DNA of 64,000 bases from a virus: IMG/VR virus record IMGVR_UViG_3300045988_188298, positions 1 to 64,000 of that record. One strand, given 5' to 3'. Each line of letters starts with the position of its first letter. Within the stretch, counting starts at the first letter, position 1. The position numbers were made by a program, and so were the translations under genes. Shown here piece by piece: positions 1 through 9,876 of the stretch. Under the pieces are notes generated by a model. The model made no database searches. It saw only the letters and a list, made by a program, of their open reading frames with translations, and was not told the DNA's origin.

Positions 1-55
1 ACTCACTCACTCACTCACTCACTCACTCACTCACTCACTCACTCACTCACTCACT
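1..55. repeat. Tetranucleotide simple-sequence repeat (ACTC)n, 13.75 units, truncated by the window start
   Basis: Perfect actc periodicity from nt 1 to 55, seen directly. Reading frame is open from the repeat into the downstream methyltransferase ORF. Confidence 0.95.
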
Positions 56-72
56 ATCAACCAACGCCGAGG

Positions 73-837
73 TTGCTGCATGGTGACTGCCTAAAGTTAA
101 TGCCTAGAGAGCTGGCTGATAATTCTATAGATTTAGTAGTCTGTGATTTACCCTATGGCACAACCAATGCAAAATGGGATTCAGTCTTAGATTTAGAAGC
201 ACTTTGGGAACAGTATAAACGAGTTGTGAAACCAAATGGAGCTATCTTACTCTTTGCACAAACTCCGTTTGATAAAATCCTTGGCTGTTCAAATATAGAG
301 CAGCTAAGATATGAAATCATCTGGGAGAAAACTCATGCCACTGGCCATCTAAATGCAAAGAAGATGCCATTAAAAGCCCATGAAAACATTTTAGTCTTTT
401 ACGAAAAATTACCAACATACAACCCACAAAAAACACAAGGACACACAAGAAAAGTTTCATCTGCCAAATCAAAAGTCCAATCATTAAAAAGGCACAAAGA
501 GAACATGAAAGACGGCAAAGCCATTTATGGGACATATAATGAAACCAGTTATGATTCGACGGAACGTTATCCACGAAGTGTTCAAGTATTCTCAAAAGAT
601 GTTCAGACATCAAAGCTGCATCCAACACAAAAACCAGTGGCCTTATTAGAGTGGTTAATTAAAACTTACTCTAATCCCGGCGACACTGTTTTGGATAATA
701 CAATGGGTTCTGGCTCTACTGGTGTTGCTTGTATTAATACCGGGCGTAAATTTATTGGAATTGAACTGGATGAGAAATATTTCTATATTGCCAATAATCG
801 GATTTTAGAAACAATGAGTGATAAAAATAAAGATTAA
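73..837 (+). CDS. DNA N6-adenine/N4-cytosine methyltransferase (beta-class, PF01555-like). True start may lie upstream, inside or beyond the SSR
   Basis: Catalytic DPPY-like motif DLPYG near the N-terminus and AdoMet motif DNTMGSGSTG near the C-terminus. The ORF stays open upstream through the (ACTC)n tract. The only in-window start is a TTG at 73. Confidence 0.8.
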   Translation: MLHGDCLKLMPRELADNSIDLVVCDLPYGTTNAKWDSVLDLEALWEQYKRVVKPNGAILLFAQTPFDKILGCSNIEQLRYEIIWEKTHATGHLNAKKMPLKAHENILVFYEKLPTYNPQKTQGHTRKVSSAKSKVQSLKRHKENMKDGKAIYGTYNETSYDSTERYPRSVQVFSKDVQTSKLHPTQKPVALLEWLIKTYSNPGDTVLDNTMGSGSTGVACINTGRKFIGIELDEKYFYIANNRILETMSDKNKD

Positions 838-862
838 TAATTATCTTGTTGATTCCACTTAG

Positions 863-905
863 TTTATAATAGTCGTTGTAAATTATTTTACAACTATTAT
901 TATTT
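863..905 (+). promoter_or_regulatory. Conserved promoter module: TATAAT, then TTGTAAA, then TTTTACAA, then an AT-rich tail
   Basis: TATAAT at 865-870, TTGTAAA at 876-882, TTTTACAA at 886-893. Same architecture repeated upstream of at least 20 genes in the window. Confidence 0.55.
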
Positions 906-928
906 TTTAACATAAAGGAGTTTTTATA

Positions 929-1576
929 ATGAGAGTAAAAAACTTATTCAATGAACAATCATTTTTCTTCAACCCTAAAGGAAATCATCTAATTGTTGGT
1001 GAAAACGGAACAGGAAAAAGTAAATTTCTGGAGGCCTTGCGTCGTCCTGATGATATTGATACATTTGAGATTGATATGAATCTCAATAACAAAGGAGAAA
1101 AAGTTGAATTTATAGAGCCAGTATTTAATTATTCTGATTTGGGATTATCTAAATTGGTTCACCAATTTTATCGTCATAAGCTTTGTGACGGAGATGTGTA
1201 CGATAAGGTCTTAGATGTTCTTAAATCTTTTCCCGGACTTAAAGATGTTTTAGAGCAAGAAATTGACTGGCGTTATGATGAGTATGACGCTAGTTCAGGG
1301 CAGAAAGAAATTATCCGTATAATTGTTTCGTCAGCGCTGCTAATTCTTGATTCGAAATCTGAGGGTTCACATATTCATCTTTTGTTTGACGGACTAGGCT
1401 CTCAACTAAGCTCTTCAAATGCTGAAAAGCTTCCTGAAGCATTGTTAGATGTTATTGAATTTCTGGATTACTTATACCCTGAATTGCCAAAGACCAATAT
1501 CTCAGTAGTGACATACAACGAAAAGATACAGATGTTCTTTTTGACTCAAAAAGGTTTCAATCTTGTAAGAATGTAA
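929..1576 (+). CDS. Small P-loop NTPase (Walker A GENGTGKS)
   Basis: RBS AAGGAG 8 nt upstream. Walker A motif and a downstream hydrophobic-Asp Walker B-like LLFDG. Own promoter module and terminator. Confidence 0.5.
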   Translation: MRVKNLFNEQSFFFNPKGNHLIVGENGTGKSKFLEALRRPDDIDTFEIDMNLNNKGEKVEFIEPVFNYSDLGLSKLVHQFYRHKLCDGDVYDKVLDVLKSFPGLKDVLEQEIDWRYDEYDASSGQKEIIRIIVSSALLILDSKSEGSHIHLLFDGLGSQLSSSNAEKLPEALLDVIEFLDYLYPELPKTNISVVTYNEKIQMFFLTQKGFNLVRM

Positions 1577-1594
1577 AATCTACATATATTTTGT

Positions 1595-1636
1595 TTAAAG
1601 ACTAGATTTTTAAAATTTTCTAGTCTTTTTTTATTA
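1595..1636 (+). terminator. Intrinsic terminator
   Basis: Hairpin aaagactagattttt...aaaatctagtctttttttatt. Confidence 0.6.
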
Positions 1637-1711
1637 TTTTTATAGCAAATGCGATATTTTCTCAAAAAATATGGTATAATAGACAAAACGATTAAATAAT
1701 AAGGAGATGTA

Positions 1712-2419
1712 ATGAATATGAGGTTATTCATAAGTGAATTAATGAGTGGAAACAATCAATATAATCAACTAAATAGATTCTTTTTTCATCTAACACCGTC
1801 TGGAATATTATTTATGATTTTTTCTTTAATCTTAGTTAGTTTTCTTTTTTGGTTTTTTATTTCCATATACAAGAACACTATTGCAAAAACAAGGTTGTTC
1901 CAAAAACATTTTAAAACAGGTCATTCATCCATTCCTAATTCTGGGTTTGATAAGGTTGATTTTTATTTCATAGGATTTGTTGTTTCACTATTACCAGTCC
2001 TATGTATCATGTCTTTTCTGTTTTCTAATGTCTCTATGTTTCAAGCTTATGCAAGAGAATCAGAGGCCGTTGACAGTCTTCAAAGAAAAGATATTTTTGA
2101 AAACTATGATTCTAAAGTAGTGGTTACAGGCAACTATAGATATTCAAACTATACAGAGAATGAAGTTAAAAATGTGTTTTTAGTCTTAGAGAAAAAAGAT
2201 AAGTCATCTTTTTATTCCAACCCATACTATTTACAACCAGTTAATAAGGTTGAGCTTTCAATTGATGGTGTTGGCGATAGAGGATTTAAGCTCGTTGACA
2301 CAAATGTAGATTTTCTTCCCCCAAGAAAATTCTTTATTAAAAAAGAAGATGCCCCAGAAATTTACAAGAAAATATTAAAATATAAAAAAGAAATAGAATC
2401 AAAAACTGAGAGGAATTAA
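1712..2419 (+). CDS. Membrane protein, member 1 of a tandem paralogue triplet
   Basis: N-terminal TM helices. C-terminal region related to the next two ORFs. Confidence 0.5.
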   Translation: MNMRLFISELMSGNNQYNQLNRFFFHLTPSGILFMIFSLILVSFLFWFFISIYKNTIAKTRLFQKHFKTGHSSIPNSGFDKVDFYFIGFVVSLLPVLCIMSFLFSNVSMFQAYARESEAVDSLQRKDIFENYDSKVVVTGNYRYSNYTENEVKNVFLVLEKKDKSSFYSNPYYLQPVNKVELSIDGVGDRGFKLVDTNVDFLPPRKFFIKKEDAPEIYKKILKYKKEIESKTERN

Positions 2420-2422
2420 ACT

Positions 2423-3079
2423 ATGTTACCTATTTTACCTAATTTTACACCAATCAAAATTGACCCAATTATTGATTTATTTACCAAAATAAATAATAAT
2501 GAAACATTACTAAGCCAATCAGATAAAGGAGATTTAGGATTCTTTTATATTGAATTAGTTTTCTTAATATTGACTATCTTTATAACCACTTTGGTTTATT
2601 TTTGCAAAAGAAAAGATGACAAAAAAATAGCAAAACAAAAAGCAAAAGAAGGACTTTGTGTGATGCTACTTCTTGTATACTCTTCTCTTTTCACATATTT
2701 TACAGCAATAAATCCAACAATTAGCAAATATAATGAAATCAATAATTTACAGTTAGAAACAGTCTTCTCCAACTACAATATTGACAGAGTTGAAAGTGTA
2801 AAGAATAATGAAAAAACTGTAATTTATGATGCTTCTGGGAACAAAAAACCAGAAACTCAGTTCAAAATTTACTTAAATAAAACTATAAACAGAAATGATA
2901 TAAGCAAATCTATATATCGTTATCTAAAAAAATCTGTTGTTATCAATGTTACAAAAGTTAATAAAGACGGCTTTGATATTCTTCTCCCTAATGGAAAAGT
3001 TGTAACAATCAAAGAGAAAGATGCTGAACAAATCTTCAACACTCTAAACAAAATTAAAGCAAAAGAAAGTGAGAATTAA
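2423..3079 (+). CDS. Membrane protein, member 2 of the triplet
   Basis: Shares a C-terminal block with the 3083 ORF: YDAxGNxK...FK(I/V)YL(N/D)KT...V(T/S)KVNKD(G/S)FDI(L/I)LP..K..TIK. N-terminal TM helix. Confidence 0.5.
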   Translation: MLPILPNFTPIKIDPIIDLFTKINNNETLLSQSDKGDLGFFYIELVFLILTIFITTLVYFCKRKDDKKIAKQKAKEGLCVMLLLVYSSLFTYFTAINPTISKYNEINNLQLETVFSNYNIDRVESVKNNEKTVIYDASGNKKPETQFKIYLNKTINRNDISKSIYRYLKKSVVINVTKVNKDGFDILLPNGKVVTIKEKDAEQIFNTLNKIKAKESEN

Positions 3080-3082
3080 AAT

Positions 3083-3757
3083 ATGTTTTCAAATATTACA
3101 GAAATTAATCCTATTTTAGAATTGTTTATGTCTAAGAACCCCCCATCATCACTCTTTGTTATTCTGTTTTTTATATATTTAGTATTTTTTGTAGTAATGG
3201 CAGGTTTGTCACTTTTAATTAGTGATTTTACAAGAATAAATAAATACACTCCTTTTGTACGAAAAATAATTTCGTGGCAGAAATGGTTATACATTGTAAC
3301 ATTTATTGCCATATGTCTTGTATTTGTATTTCATTATGAAACCACCAATAAAGCTATTAGAAAAACACCATTAAAATCTGTATTTTCTAGTTATCGTATC
3401 GCTAAAATTAAACAACCAAAAGAATCTGATTCAGCTATAACTTATGATGCTTTTGGAAACCAAAAATCAGAAAGACCAAAAACTCTTTTCAAGGTCTATT
3501 TAGATAAAACAAAAGATGTTAAAAATATAGAGCTGGAACATGATGTTATATTGGAAGTTTCAAAAGTCAATAAAGACAGTTTTGACATTATTCTACCTGA
3601 TGAAAAAGTAGAGACAATTAAAAAGGATGATGCTTTGCAGAAGAGAAGACTGATTAATCTTCTCTTTCTTTTTTTATTTTATAATATTAAATGTAAATCA
3701 TTTTACAATATAAAATTAAAATTTAACAAAAGAAAGGAATCTTGTTTTAAAGGATAA
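3083..3757 (+). CDS. Membrane protein, member 3 of the triplet
   Basis: Same conserved C-terminal block as the 2423 ORF. TM helices at the N-terminus. The stop of one gene is 3-4 nt from the next start. Confidence 0.5.
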   Translation: MFSNITEINPILELFMSKNPPSSLFVILFFIYLVFFVVMAGLSLLISDFTRINKYTPFVRKIISWQKWLYIVTFIAICLVFVFHYETTNKAIRKTPLKSVFSSYRIAKIKQPKESDSAITYDAFGNQKSERPKTLFKVYLDKTKDVKNIELEHDVILEVSKVNKDSFDIILPDEKVETIKKDDALQKRRLINLLFLFLFYNIKCKSFYNIKLKFNKRKESCFKG

Positions 3758-3777
3758 AACAAGATGGTAAAAGAAAA

Positions 3778-4347
3778 ATGAAAAAAGATTATGTTATCCC
3801 AGTCGAATGGACTATTGTGAAGAATGTTAAAGTTTCGGCAGAATCTCTAGATGAAGCAAAAGAACTCGCAGCTTTTGCTTCTGTTGAAACAGGAACATAC
3901 TTGGATGGTTCATACAGAATCAATGAAGAGTTACTTGAAGAATTTGAGGAAAGTCGCAAACAAAAAGAAAACATTGAAAGCAATAAAGAAAAGTTGTTGG
4001 ATAAAACTTTCTCAGACGATTTTCTTTCATCTCTGCCTCTACGTTGGGTATGGGTTGGTAAAGTTGATGCTGTTTTGCCAGATGGTGAAACATGTAAAGC
4101 TGTCAAATTTAGCCGCTCTGAAGGTTGGGGAGTGAAGGCCACAACCACAGAAATGGTTTTCGTACCTCAGGATGAGCCAAATCTTCTAGATGAAGAAAAT
4201 TACTTTGATGTGTACAAAGTTGGTTTCGAGGGTAGTGATTCCCTTTATAAGACCATTGATTTTGTTTCTACATCAAAACTAGAGAGCTACCTCAAAGAAA
4301 ATCTCAACAATATGGCTGAGTTCTTTGATGCCATCTCTAAAAAGTAA
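3778..4347 (+). CDS. Hypothetical acidic protein
   Basis: Long ORF with RBS. Overlapping antisense ORFs are judged spurious. Intrinsic terminator at 4383-4418. Confidence 0.45.
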   Translation: MKKDYVIPVEWTIVKNVKVSAESLDEAKELAAFASVETGTYLDGSYRINEELLEEFEESRKQKENIESNKEKLLDKTFSDDFLSSLPLRWVWVGKVDAVLPDGETCKAVKFSRSEGWGVKATTTEMVFVPQDEPNLLDEENYFDVYKVGFEGSDSLYKTIDFVSTSKLESYLKENLNNMAEFFDAISKK

Positions 4348-4527
4348 TAATCCTTTTCATAATCTCTTCCACATTTATTTAATTAAAAAGGCTAGACAAA
4401 AAATCTAGTCTTTTTTGTTTTATTTCTGAGAATATCGTATATAGCAAAAGTGATATTTTGGATTATTTATGGTATAATAGACAAATAGGAAAACAAGACA
4501 AAGAATGAGAGAGGGTAAACAAACAAT

Positions 4528-5193
4528 ATGTCATATAGATTCACATTTTATTTCAAAAACGACATAAAAGACATAAAAGACTTTCTGGAGTTTCAAGAGA
4601 AAGTTACCAACAGTTTTTCATTAAATAACTTCATCAAACTTCTAGATACTTGGATTATTGATAAAGCTTTTCTAGTTAAAAAAGGGAAGCTACCTCTAAA
4701 TAGATTTTACAGCGAACTATACCTAAAATGCCAATCTATATCCATGTCATTTTATTTTTGGCCAGAATATGATTTAGTTGGAACTATTTTGAATTATGGG
4801 TCAAATAAAGATATTGAAAACCTTTATGACTGTAGTTTCTATTTCCAAGATAGTTCTGATGAAGATTATCCATATAGCTCTTATGAGGGGCTTCCTGAAA
4901 AACTATTAGAACATTTCAAGAAAGAAGATGACTACAATACAGCTTCCGAGCGTTACCATCAACTTTGTAAAGAGCTAAAAATTAACGAGATTCTTTATGA
5001 TAAAGACAGTCAGCTAGCTCACATTCGACTCAAAGTCATTAAAGACAGGAAGTATGACATTGCAGTCATAAAAATGTGTTCCTGCATTGAATCTCATCTG
5101 AGAGATACTTTAGATAACGATAAAGGCGTTTTTGAAGAAATGTCAAACTATTTAGAAACAACAAATTGGGATAAATTAAATACCCAACATTAA
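4528..5193 (+). CDS. Hypothetical protein
   Basis: ORF preceded by a promoter module with a GGTATAAT -10-like box and RBS GAGAGGG. Confidence 0.45.
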   Translation: MSYRFTFYFKNDIKDIKDFLEFQEKVTNSFSLNNFIKLLDTWIIDKAFLVKKGKLPLNRFYSELYLKCQSISMSFYFWPEYDLVGTILNYGSNKDIENLYDCSFYFQDSSDEDYPYSSYEGLPEKLLEHFKKEDDYNTASERYHQLCKELKINEILYDKDSQLAHIRLKVIKDRKYDIAVIKMCSCIESHLRDTLDNDKGVFEEMSNYLETTNWDKLNTQH

Positions 5194-5321
5194 TTAAACA
5201 AGGAGAAATAAAAATTATGCTAGTAAAAACACTAATGATTATCGGTCTAATATTAGCTTCAATGCTATTGATTGGAGCTACTGTTATTAATGTTAAGGAA
5301 GTTGATAAAGAGGTATAATTC

Positions 5322-6581
5322 ATGAAAAAAAATAACAAAAAAATCAAAATAAACCCAAATGTTGATTTATCTGATGCAACACTAGAAGAAATGACACAAG
5401 TAGAACAAGAATTGCTTGTCAAACTGGCCAAAAAGAAACTTACTTCAAAAATGGTAGAGGATGCCTACAAAAAACATCCAGATTGGCCATCACCAGCAGC
5501 AACAATTATGCCCGTAAGAAGCACGATTGGCTATACAGCTTTGTTTGGGAATTATTATTTGTTCTATCTGACAATTCCTGAATTGCTAGATGTTCTTTTG
5601 GTTGATAATGTTTTCTATGATGAAAAAGAAATGAAATGGAGAGTTAAATTTAAAGGAATTGATATTGATAGCCTAGATAAAGCTGTTGGATTGTTTTTCA
5701 AATCTATTTCCTTTAAAGAATTGTATTCCGGGAATGACCTCTATAAACTGATGTTTAAGTTTTCGTTTGTAAAATTTCCTAAGTCACCACTAGGTCTATC
5801 AAAAAAAGAATTTGACGATTTGGTTTATGATTTGGCATCAAAACCAGAAGTTTTAAAAAATAAGCTAGACATTATCCAAGTCTTAGAAAATGAATTAAAA
5901 TATCATGGCTATAATTTAGGAGCTACCCCATTTATCAAGCATAAGGATGTTCCTAAAAAACTATATAGAACTATGATGAACAATGACGCCTCAGACATCA
6001 TCAGTTATGTTCCAAAAACAAAAATCTTTGACTTATGGAAAGAAAACCCTAATAAGCAGTTAGAAGAATCAAATGGTTTTTATGACTATATTGTTAATAT
6101 CCATGAATTGCCTGATGATACTTACATTAATATTCGCATTACCTCAGAGAAACCAATGCTAACAAAATTTTATTGGCCACATCCATGCAATCAGTATAGG
6201 GGTTACACCCGTTTCTTGCCAAACAATCTTCAAAGCCTATTAAGACCTAAAAAATTAGCTGATAAGATTTTAAGAGAATTATCACCTATTGTCAAAATAG
6301 AGACCTATCCTAGCCTTAGAATTAAAACTGTTTTGGAAAGTTTAGACAAAGGATATGAAATTGAGAACTTCAAGTCATTGATTAATTTCTATGTCAAATC
6401 TTTGCAGCAAAAAGGCCTGATTGACAAATTACAAATTGAAGTAACTCTAGAAGATATGTTAGAAGAAACATTAAAAGAGGCTGATTTCGTGGAGAAGGTA
6501 AAATCAAGAAGCAAAACATGCTTGCATATTGTAGGAAAATCATCAAATGGACTGGGGGATGAAGTTTTGACCTCAGAATAA
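5322..6581 (+). CDS. Hypothetical protein (419 aa)
   Basis: Long ORF with RBS AAGGAAG. No recognisable motif. Confidence 0.5.
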   Translation: MKKNNKKIKINPNVDLSDATLEEMTQVEQELLVKLAKKKLTSKMVEDAYKKHPDWPSPAATIMPVRSTIGYTALFGNYYLFYLTIPELLDVLLVDNVFYDEKEMKWRVKFKGIDIDSLDKAVGLFFKSISFKELYSGNDLYKLMFKFSFVKFPKSPLGLSKKEFDDLVYDLASKPEVLKNKLDIIQVLENELKYHGYNLGATPFIKHKDVPKKLYRTMMNNDASDIISYVPKTKIFDLWKENPNKQLEESNGFYDYIVNIHELPDDTYINIRITSEKPMLTKFYWPHPCNQYRGYTRFLPNNLQSLLRPKKLADKILRELSPIVKIETYPSLRIKTVLESLDKGYEIENFKSLINFYVKSLQQKGLIDKLQIEVTLEDMLEETLKEADFVEKVKSRSKTCLHIVGKSSNGLGDEVLTSE

Positions 6582-6642
6582 CTTTGCTCATTAGTTATAA
6601 TAAAATATAGAAAATAAAAATAAAGAAAAGAGAAATAACTAG

Positions 6643-7605
6643 ATGAAAGGAAAAAACAATCGAATCTCAAAAATAGAAGAAATTGAAAAAGGTCAAGAAG
6701 TTCAGGTTGAATTTTTATATATAGGGGAACAGGAGAAAATCAATGGCTGCACACCCTATAATTATGCTATAGGTGCTATTGATTTCAAGAACTTGGTTTC
6801 CCATAGATTTGATGACAGAAACAATGAAGAAATTTGTGAAAAAGTTGTTGTATATATTGTTTTGCGAGAATATCAAGATGGCAAGCAAGACATTCATTAC
6901 ATTGATGTAAGTAATATCTTGAATGATGAAAGAAAAGACTCAGAAAAAGCACTAGATGCCTTAAACAAGCAGATGGAGCGCCTATCTATCTTGTCTTACA
7001 AAGAGTTTCTTGATGCTTTTGGAAATAATGTCATTACATTTACACCAGAAGTCATTACTGTTTTATCAAGATATGGTTCAACCGATACAAATCTTCTGTT
7101 AAAGTTTGATATTTCAAAAAATGATGTATCAAATGTGTCCGGCTCATCAGATTCAACACTGGTAAGTATAAATAATTTATATACTTATAATGTGTTTGAC
7201 ACCTTTTCAAAAAAGACTGAAAAAAAGAAGACAGACTTTAAAACTCTCATCAAACAGTCTAGTCAAGGAATTATAAAACCTCATTTTTGTGTTATGGTTA
7301 AGAAATCAAAAAAATCATCAAAACAAAATGAGTGTCCAGAACATCCTTTGAAGTCAACTATCCTTGATAACAAAAACAACAATGATAAAAAAGAGAAAGC
7401 AAAAACTTCTCATTTACAAAGGGTTTATTACCCAGCATTGGTAGTTGGTGGCCTAGACAATGAAGATAAAAGTTATCTACTTTGGGAAGACTTCTTTAAC
7501 TTGATTGTTCAGGCGCAGGAAGTCATTGAGATGGTTGATAATGGGGCTTTCTTTGTTGATGGTATTTTGTATTTACCAAAAATCGTTGATAAAGCTTCTG
7601 ATTAA
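6643..7605 (+). CDS. Hypothetical protein (320 aa)
   Basis: Long ORF, AT-rich lysine-rich linker. No recognised domain. Confidence 0.5.
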   Translation: MKGKNNRISKIEEIEKGQEVQVEFLYIGEQEKINGCTPYNYAIGAIDFKNLVSHRFDDRNNEEICEKVVVYIVLREYQDGKQDIHYIDVSNILNDERKDSEKALDALNKQMERLSILSYKEFLDAFGNNVITFTPEVITVLSRYGSTDTNLLLKFDISKNDVSNVSGSSDSTLVSINNLYTYNVFDTFSKKTEKKKTDFKTLIKQSSQGIIKPHFCVMVKKSKKSSKQNECPEHPLKSTILDNKNNNDKKEKAKTSHLQRVYYPALVVGGLDNEDKSYLLWEDFFNLIVQAQEVIEMVDNGAFFVDGILYLPKIVDKASD

Positions 7606-7661
7606 TTTTTAGGTTTTAAAAAGACATCTATTATTGAATTTAGTAGATGTTTTTTTATTGA

Positions 7662-7703
7662 TTATAATATTCAATGTAAAAACAAGTTTTACAATATTAT
7701 TAT
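7662..7703 (+). promoter_or_regulatory. Conserved promoter module (TATAAT, TGTAAAA, TTTTACAA)
   Basis: attataatattcaatgtaaaaacaagttttacaatattatta lies immediately upstream of the RBS AAGGAGG and ATG at 7728. Confidence 0.55.
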
Positions 7704-7727
7704 TTTACAATTCAAAAAAGGAGGTTC

Positions 7728-8828
7728 ATGAAAATGAACAATAATAAATTAACAAAAATTGCCGCTAAAGGCATGACAAAATTTGACCTTGCACCCAAAA
7801 AAGAGGTGGCAATTGAGCAGCTTAAATCCATCCAAAAGGAACTTGCTAATATTGGCAAGGAATACAAATTGAACATCATTTCAAAGCTTGACAACTTTCG
7901 TGGAATTGCGAAAGCTTTACAAGCACTTCGTGTATCAGGAGTTGATGTACTGACCTTAGAAGAAATCAAAAAAATTGGTTTCTATACTAAGTTAGCTCGT
8001 CAAAATCTTTTTGAAGAAGTTCTGCTTCGTGAAAAAGTCTTTGAAAAGGCTCTGAATAGCTGGGTGGAAGCTAAGTCTGTTTTTGATTTAGGCATCAGCT
8101 TTGATGAGAATTCTAAAGAAGCAAAAGTAGACGGCAACCATGACATCTATCTAAAGATGTCTGATAAGAAGCCCGGAAAACTTGTAGACATCATTGCAGA
8201 AATTGACCAAAACATTGATTTCTGTGAGAAACTGATTTGCCAAAGCCGTTTCAAAGAAATTCAAGCTGCTTTTGTAGGAGTTGGATATGATGAATTTGCA
8301 GAGGATTTCAAGAAAGACTTGCGAATCCTTAAAGGTCAATTTGTTATCCTAAAAGAATCTCTCAATGGCTACAATATCAATCTTGAAGAGTATGTAGAAC
8401 ATACTCTAAAAGGAATGGTTGATTTTGCCAACACAGCATTTAACCATTACACAAACATCAATACTCTCAAAAAAATGGAAGAGTATGGTAAATTTGTGGA
8501 CATGGAAGAAAAGCGCATCAAAGACGAAGAGAAAGCAGCAATTGATTTCTTCTGGGGAACATTCAGTAAGAAATTTGTCTGGAATGTTATTCCAAAAGAT
8601 TTTGCTTTTGCAGTTTTCCGTAAAACAATCGGCGGTCTGACACAGACTCGCTTCCATGAATTAAGTCAAGAATGGATGAATGATAATCCAAGCTGGACTT
8701 ACAAATTCGGCAATCTAAAAATTGTTGTTGGGTCTAAAATGGATGAGGTTGAACCTCTCGAAAAAGAACTCAACATCAAAGTGAAACGTCAAAAAACCGT
8801 TCGTGGTTATTTGCGTCTTGCCAAATAA
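7728..8828 (+). CDS. Hypothetical protein (366 aa)
   Basis: Long ORF with a strong RBS. Terminator hairpin at 8851-8881. Confidence 0.5.
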   Translation: MKMNNNKLTKIAAKGMTKFDLAPKKEVAIEQLKSIQKELANIGKEYKLNIISKLDNFRGIAKALQALRVSGVDVLTLEEIKKIGFYTKLARQNLFEEVLLREKVFEKALNSWVEAKSVFDLGISFDENSKEAKVDGNHDIYLKMSDKKPGKLVDIIAEIDQNIDFCEKLICQSRFKEIQAAFVGVGYDEFAEDFKKDLRILKGQFVILKESLNGYNINLEEYVEHTLKGMVDFANTAFNHYTNINTLKKMEEYGKFVDMEEKRIKDEEKAAIDFFWGTFSKKFVWNVIPKDFAFAVFRKTIGGLTQTRFHELSQEWMNDNPSWTYKFGNLKIVVGSKMDEVEPLEKELNIKVKRQKTVRGYLRLAK

Positions 8829-8954
8829 TGTTATCAAACATAAAATAAAGTCTTTTATTCAATAAATAAAAGGCTTTTTTTATTTTATAACTTATGTTAT
8901 AATAGAATCAAGAATATATATCAAATAAAATAATTGGAGAATTAATAATATAAT

Positions 8955-9476
8955 ATGAATAAAGCAAAATCTTTTTTATTCAAATTGATTGATGATAGAA
9001 AATGGAAGGTAACTCAATCATTTGAATTTGATTATCACAATGAAATTTGGAACAGGTTGGCCCTTGAATACTTGGTCAACCCTAAAAGCCATGAACCTAA
9101 AATCTTACAACTAAAACAAATTCAAGCAGACCTTTTTAATTCAGATAAACATGATTACTGGCAGCGCAAACTACAGAATAAGTCTTTAGAAGACTTTGAA
9201 ATCGCTGTATTGTTGAGTACCTTTGAAAACTGGTATTTAAAACCAGAAAGTATTACATGGTTTGCATCTATGTTCAAGAAGTTTGAAGAAAAATATAGTC
9301 AAAATAATTATGTAGGCAGCAAAAACAATTTTTTCTCTGAAGTCAATTCAGCATTGTCTAACAAAGAACATAAAATGCCTGTTGTGTTCGTTCAATCTTT
9401 AGCGTCTGACAAATTACTAGACCAAAAGATTACAGAATTAGATAAAAAATATCAAGATATTAAAGGAGTATTTTAA
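8955..9476 (+). CDS. Hypothetical protein, first gene of a three-gene translationally coupled set
   Basis: ORF. Its stop overlaps the start of the next gene (ATGATG at 9476). Confidence 0.45.
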   Translation: MNKAKSFLFKLIDDRKWKVTQSFEFDYHNEIWNRLALEYLVNPKSHEPKILQLKQIQADLFNSDKHDYWQRKLQNKSLEDFEIAVLLSTFENWYLKPESITWFASMFKKFEEKYSQNNYVGSKNNFFSEVNSALSNKEHKMPVVFVQSLASDKLLDQKITELDKKYQDIKGVF

Positions 9477-9871
9477 TGATGAAAAGAAATGATTTATATG
9501 ATTTATCTAGAAAGTTAAACAAAGAGCTTTCTGAAATTGCAGAAGATAAACGCTATGTTGATGTTGATTTTGTAGGACGCTTCCGTGGCTCTAATTTTGG
9601 CAGCTTTTATTGGGGTGGCCTAAATACCAATGTTTTTCAGTTGCTCTTGACCGTAAAAGATAATGGTAAATACACGTTTACTGTAAAATTTGTGGATAGT
9701 GTAGAAGATTACAAAAACAAGGCATCTGATTTAGATATTAAAGAATGTTCTAGTATGGTTTGTTTTGACAACTACGAATTTACTACATACGAATCACTTG
9801 TAGACCATATTCAGATTATGGTGAGAACATTATTCAAATTGTATGGTATTGAAAAGAATGGAGAGAATTAA
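9476..9871 (+). CDS. Hypothetical protein
   Basis: ORF coupled to its neighbours. Confidence 0.45.
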   Translation: MMKRNDLYDLSRKLNKELSEIAEDKRYVDVDFVGRFRGSNFGSFYWGGLNTNVFQLLLTVKDNGKYTFTVKFVDSVEDYKNKASDLDIKECSSMVCFDNYEFTTYESLVDHIQIMVRTLFKLYGIEKNGEN

Positions 9872-9876
9872 GGACT

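Noticed and set aside
317-628. A minus-strand 103-aa ORF inside the N6 methyltransferase gene
   Set aside because: It is antisense to a gene with clear methyltransferase motifs and has no start context.
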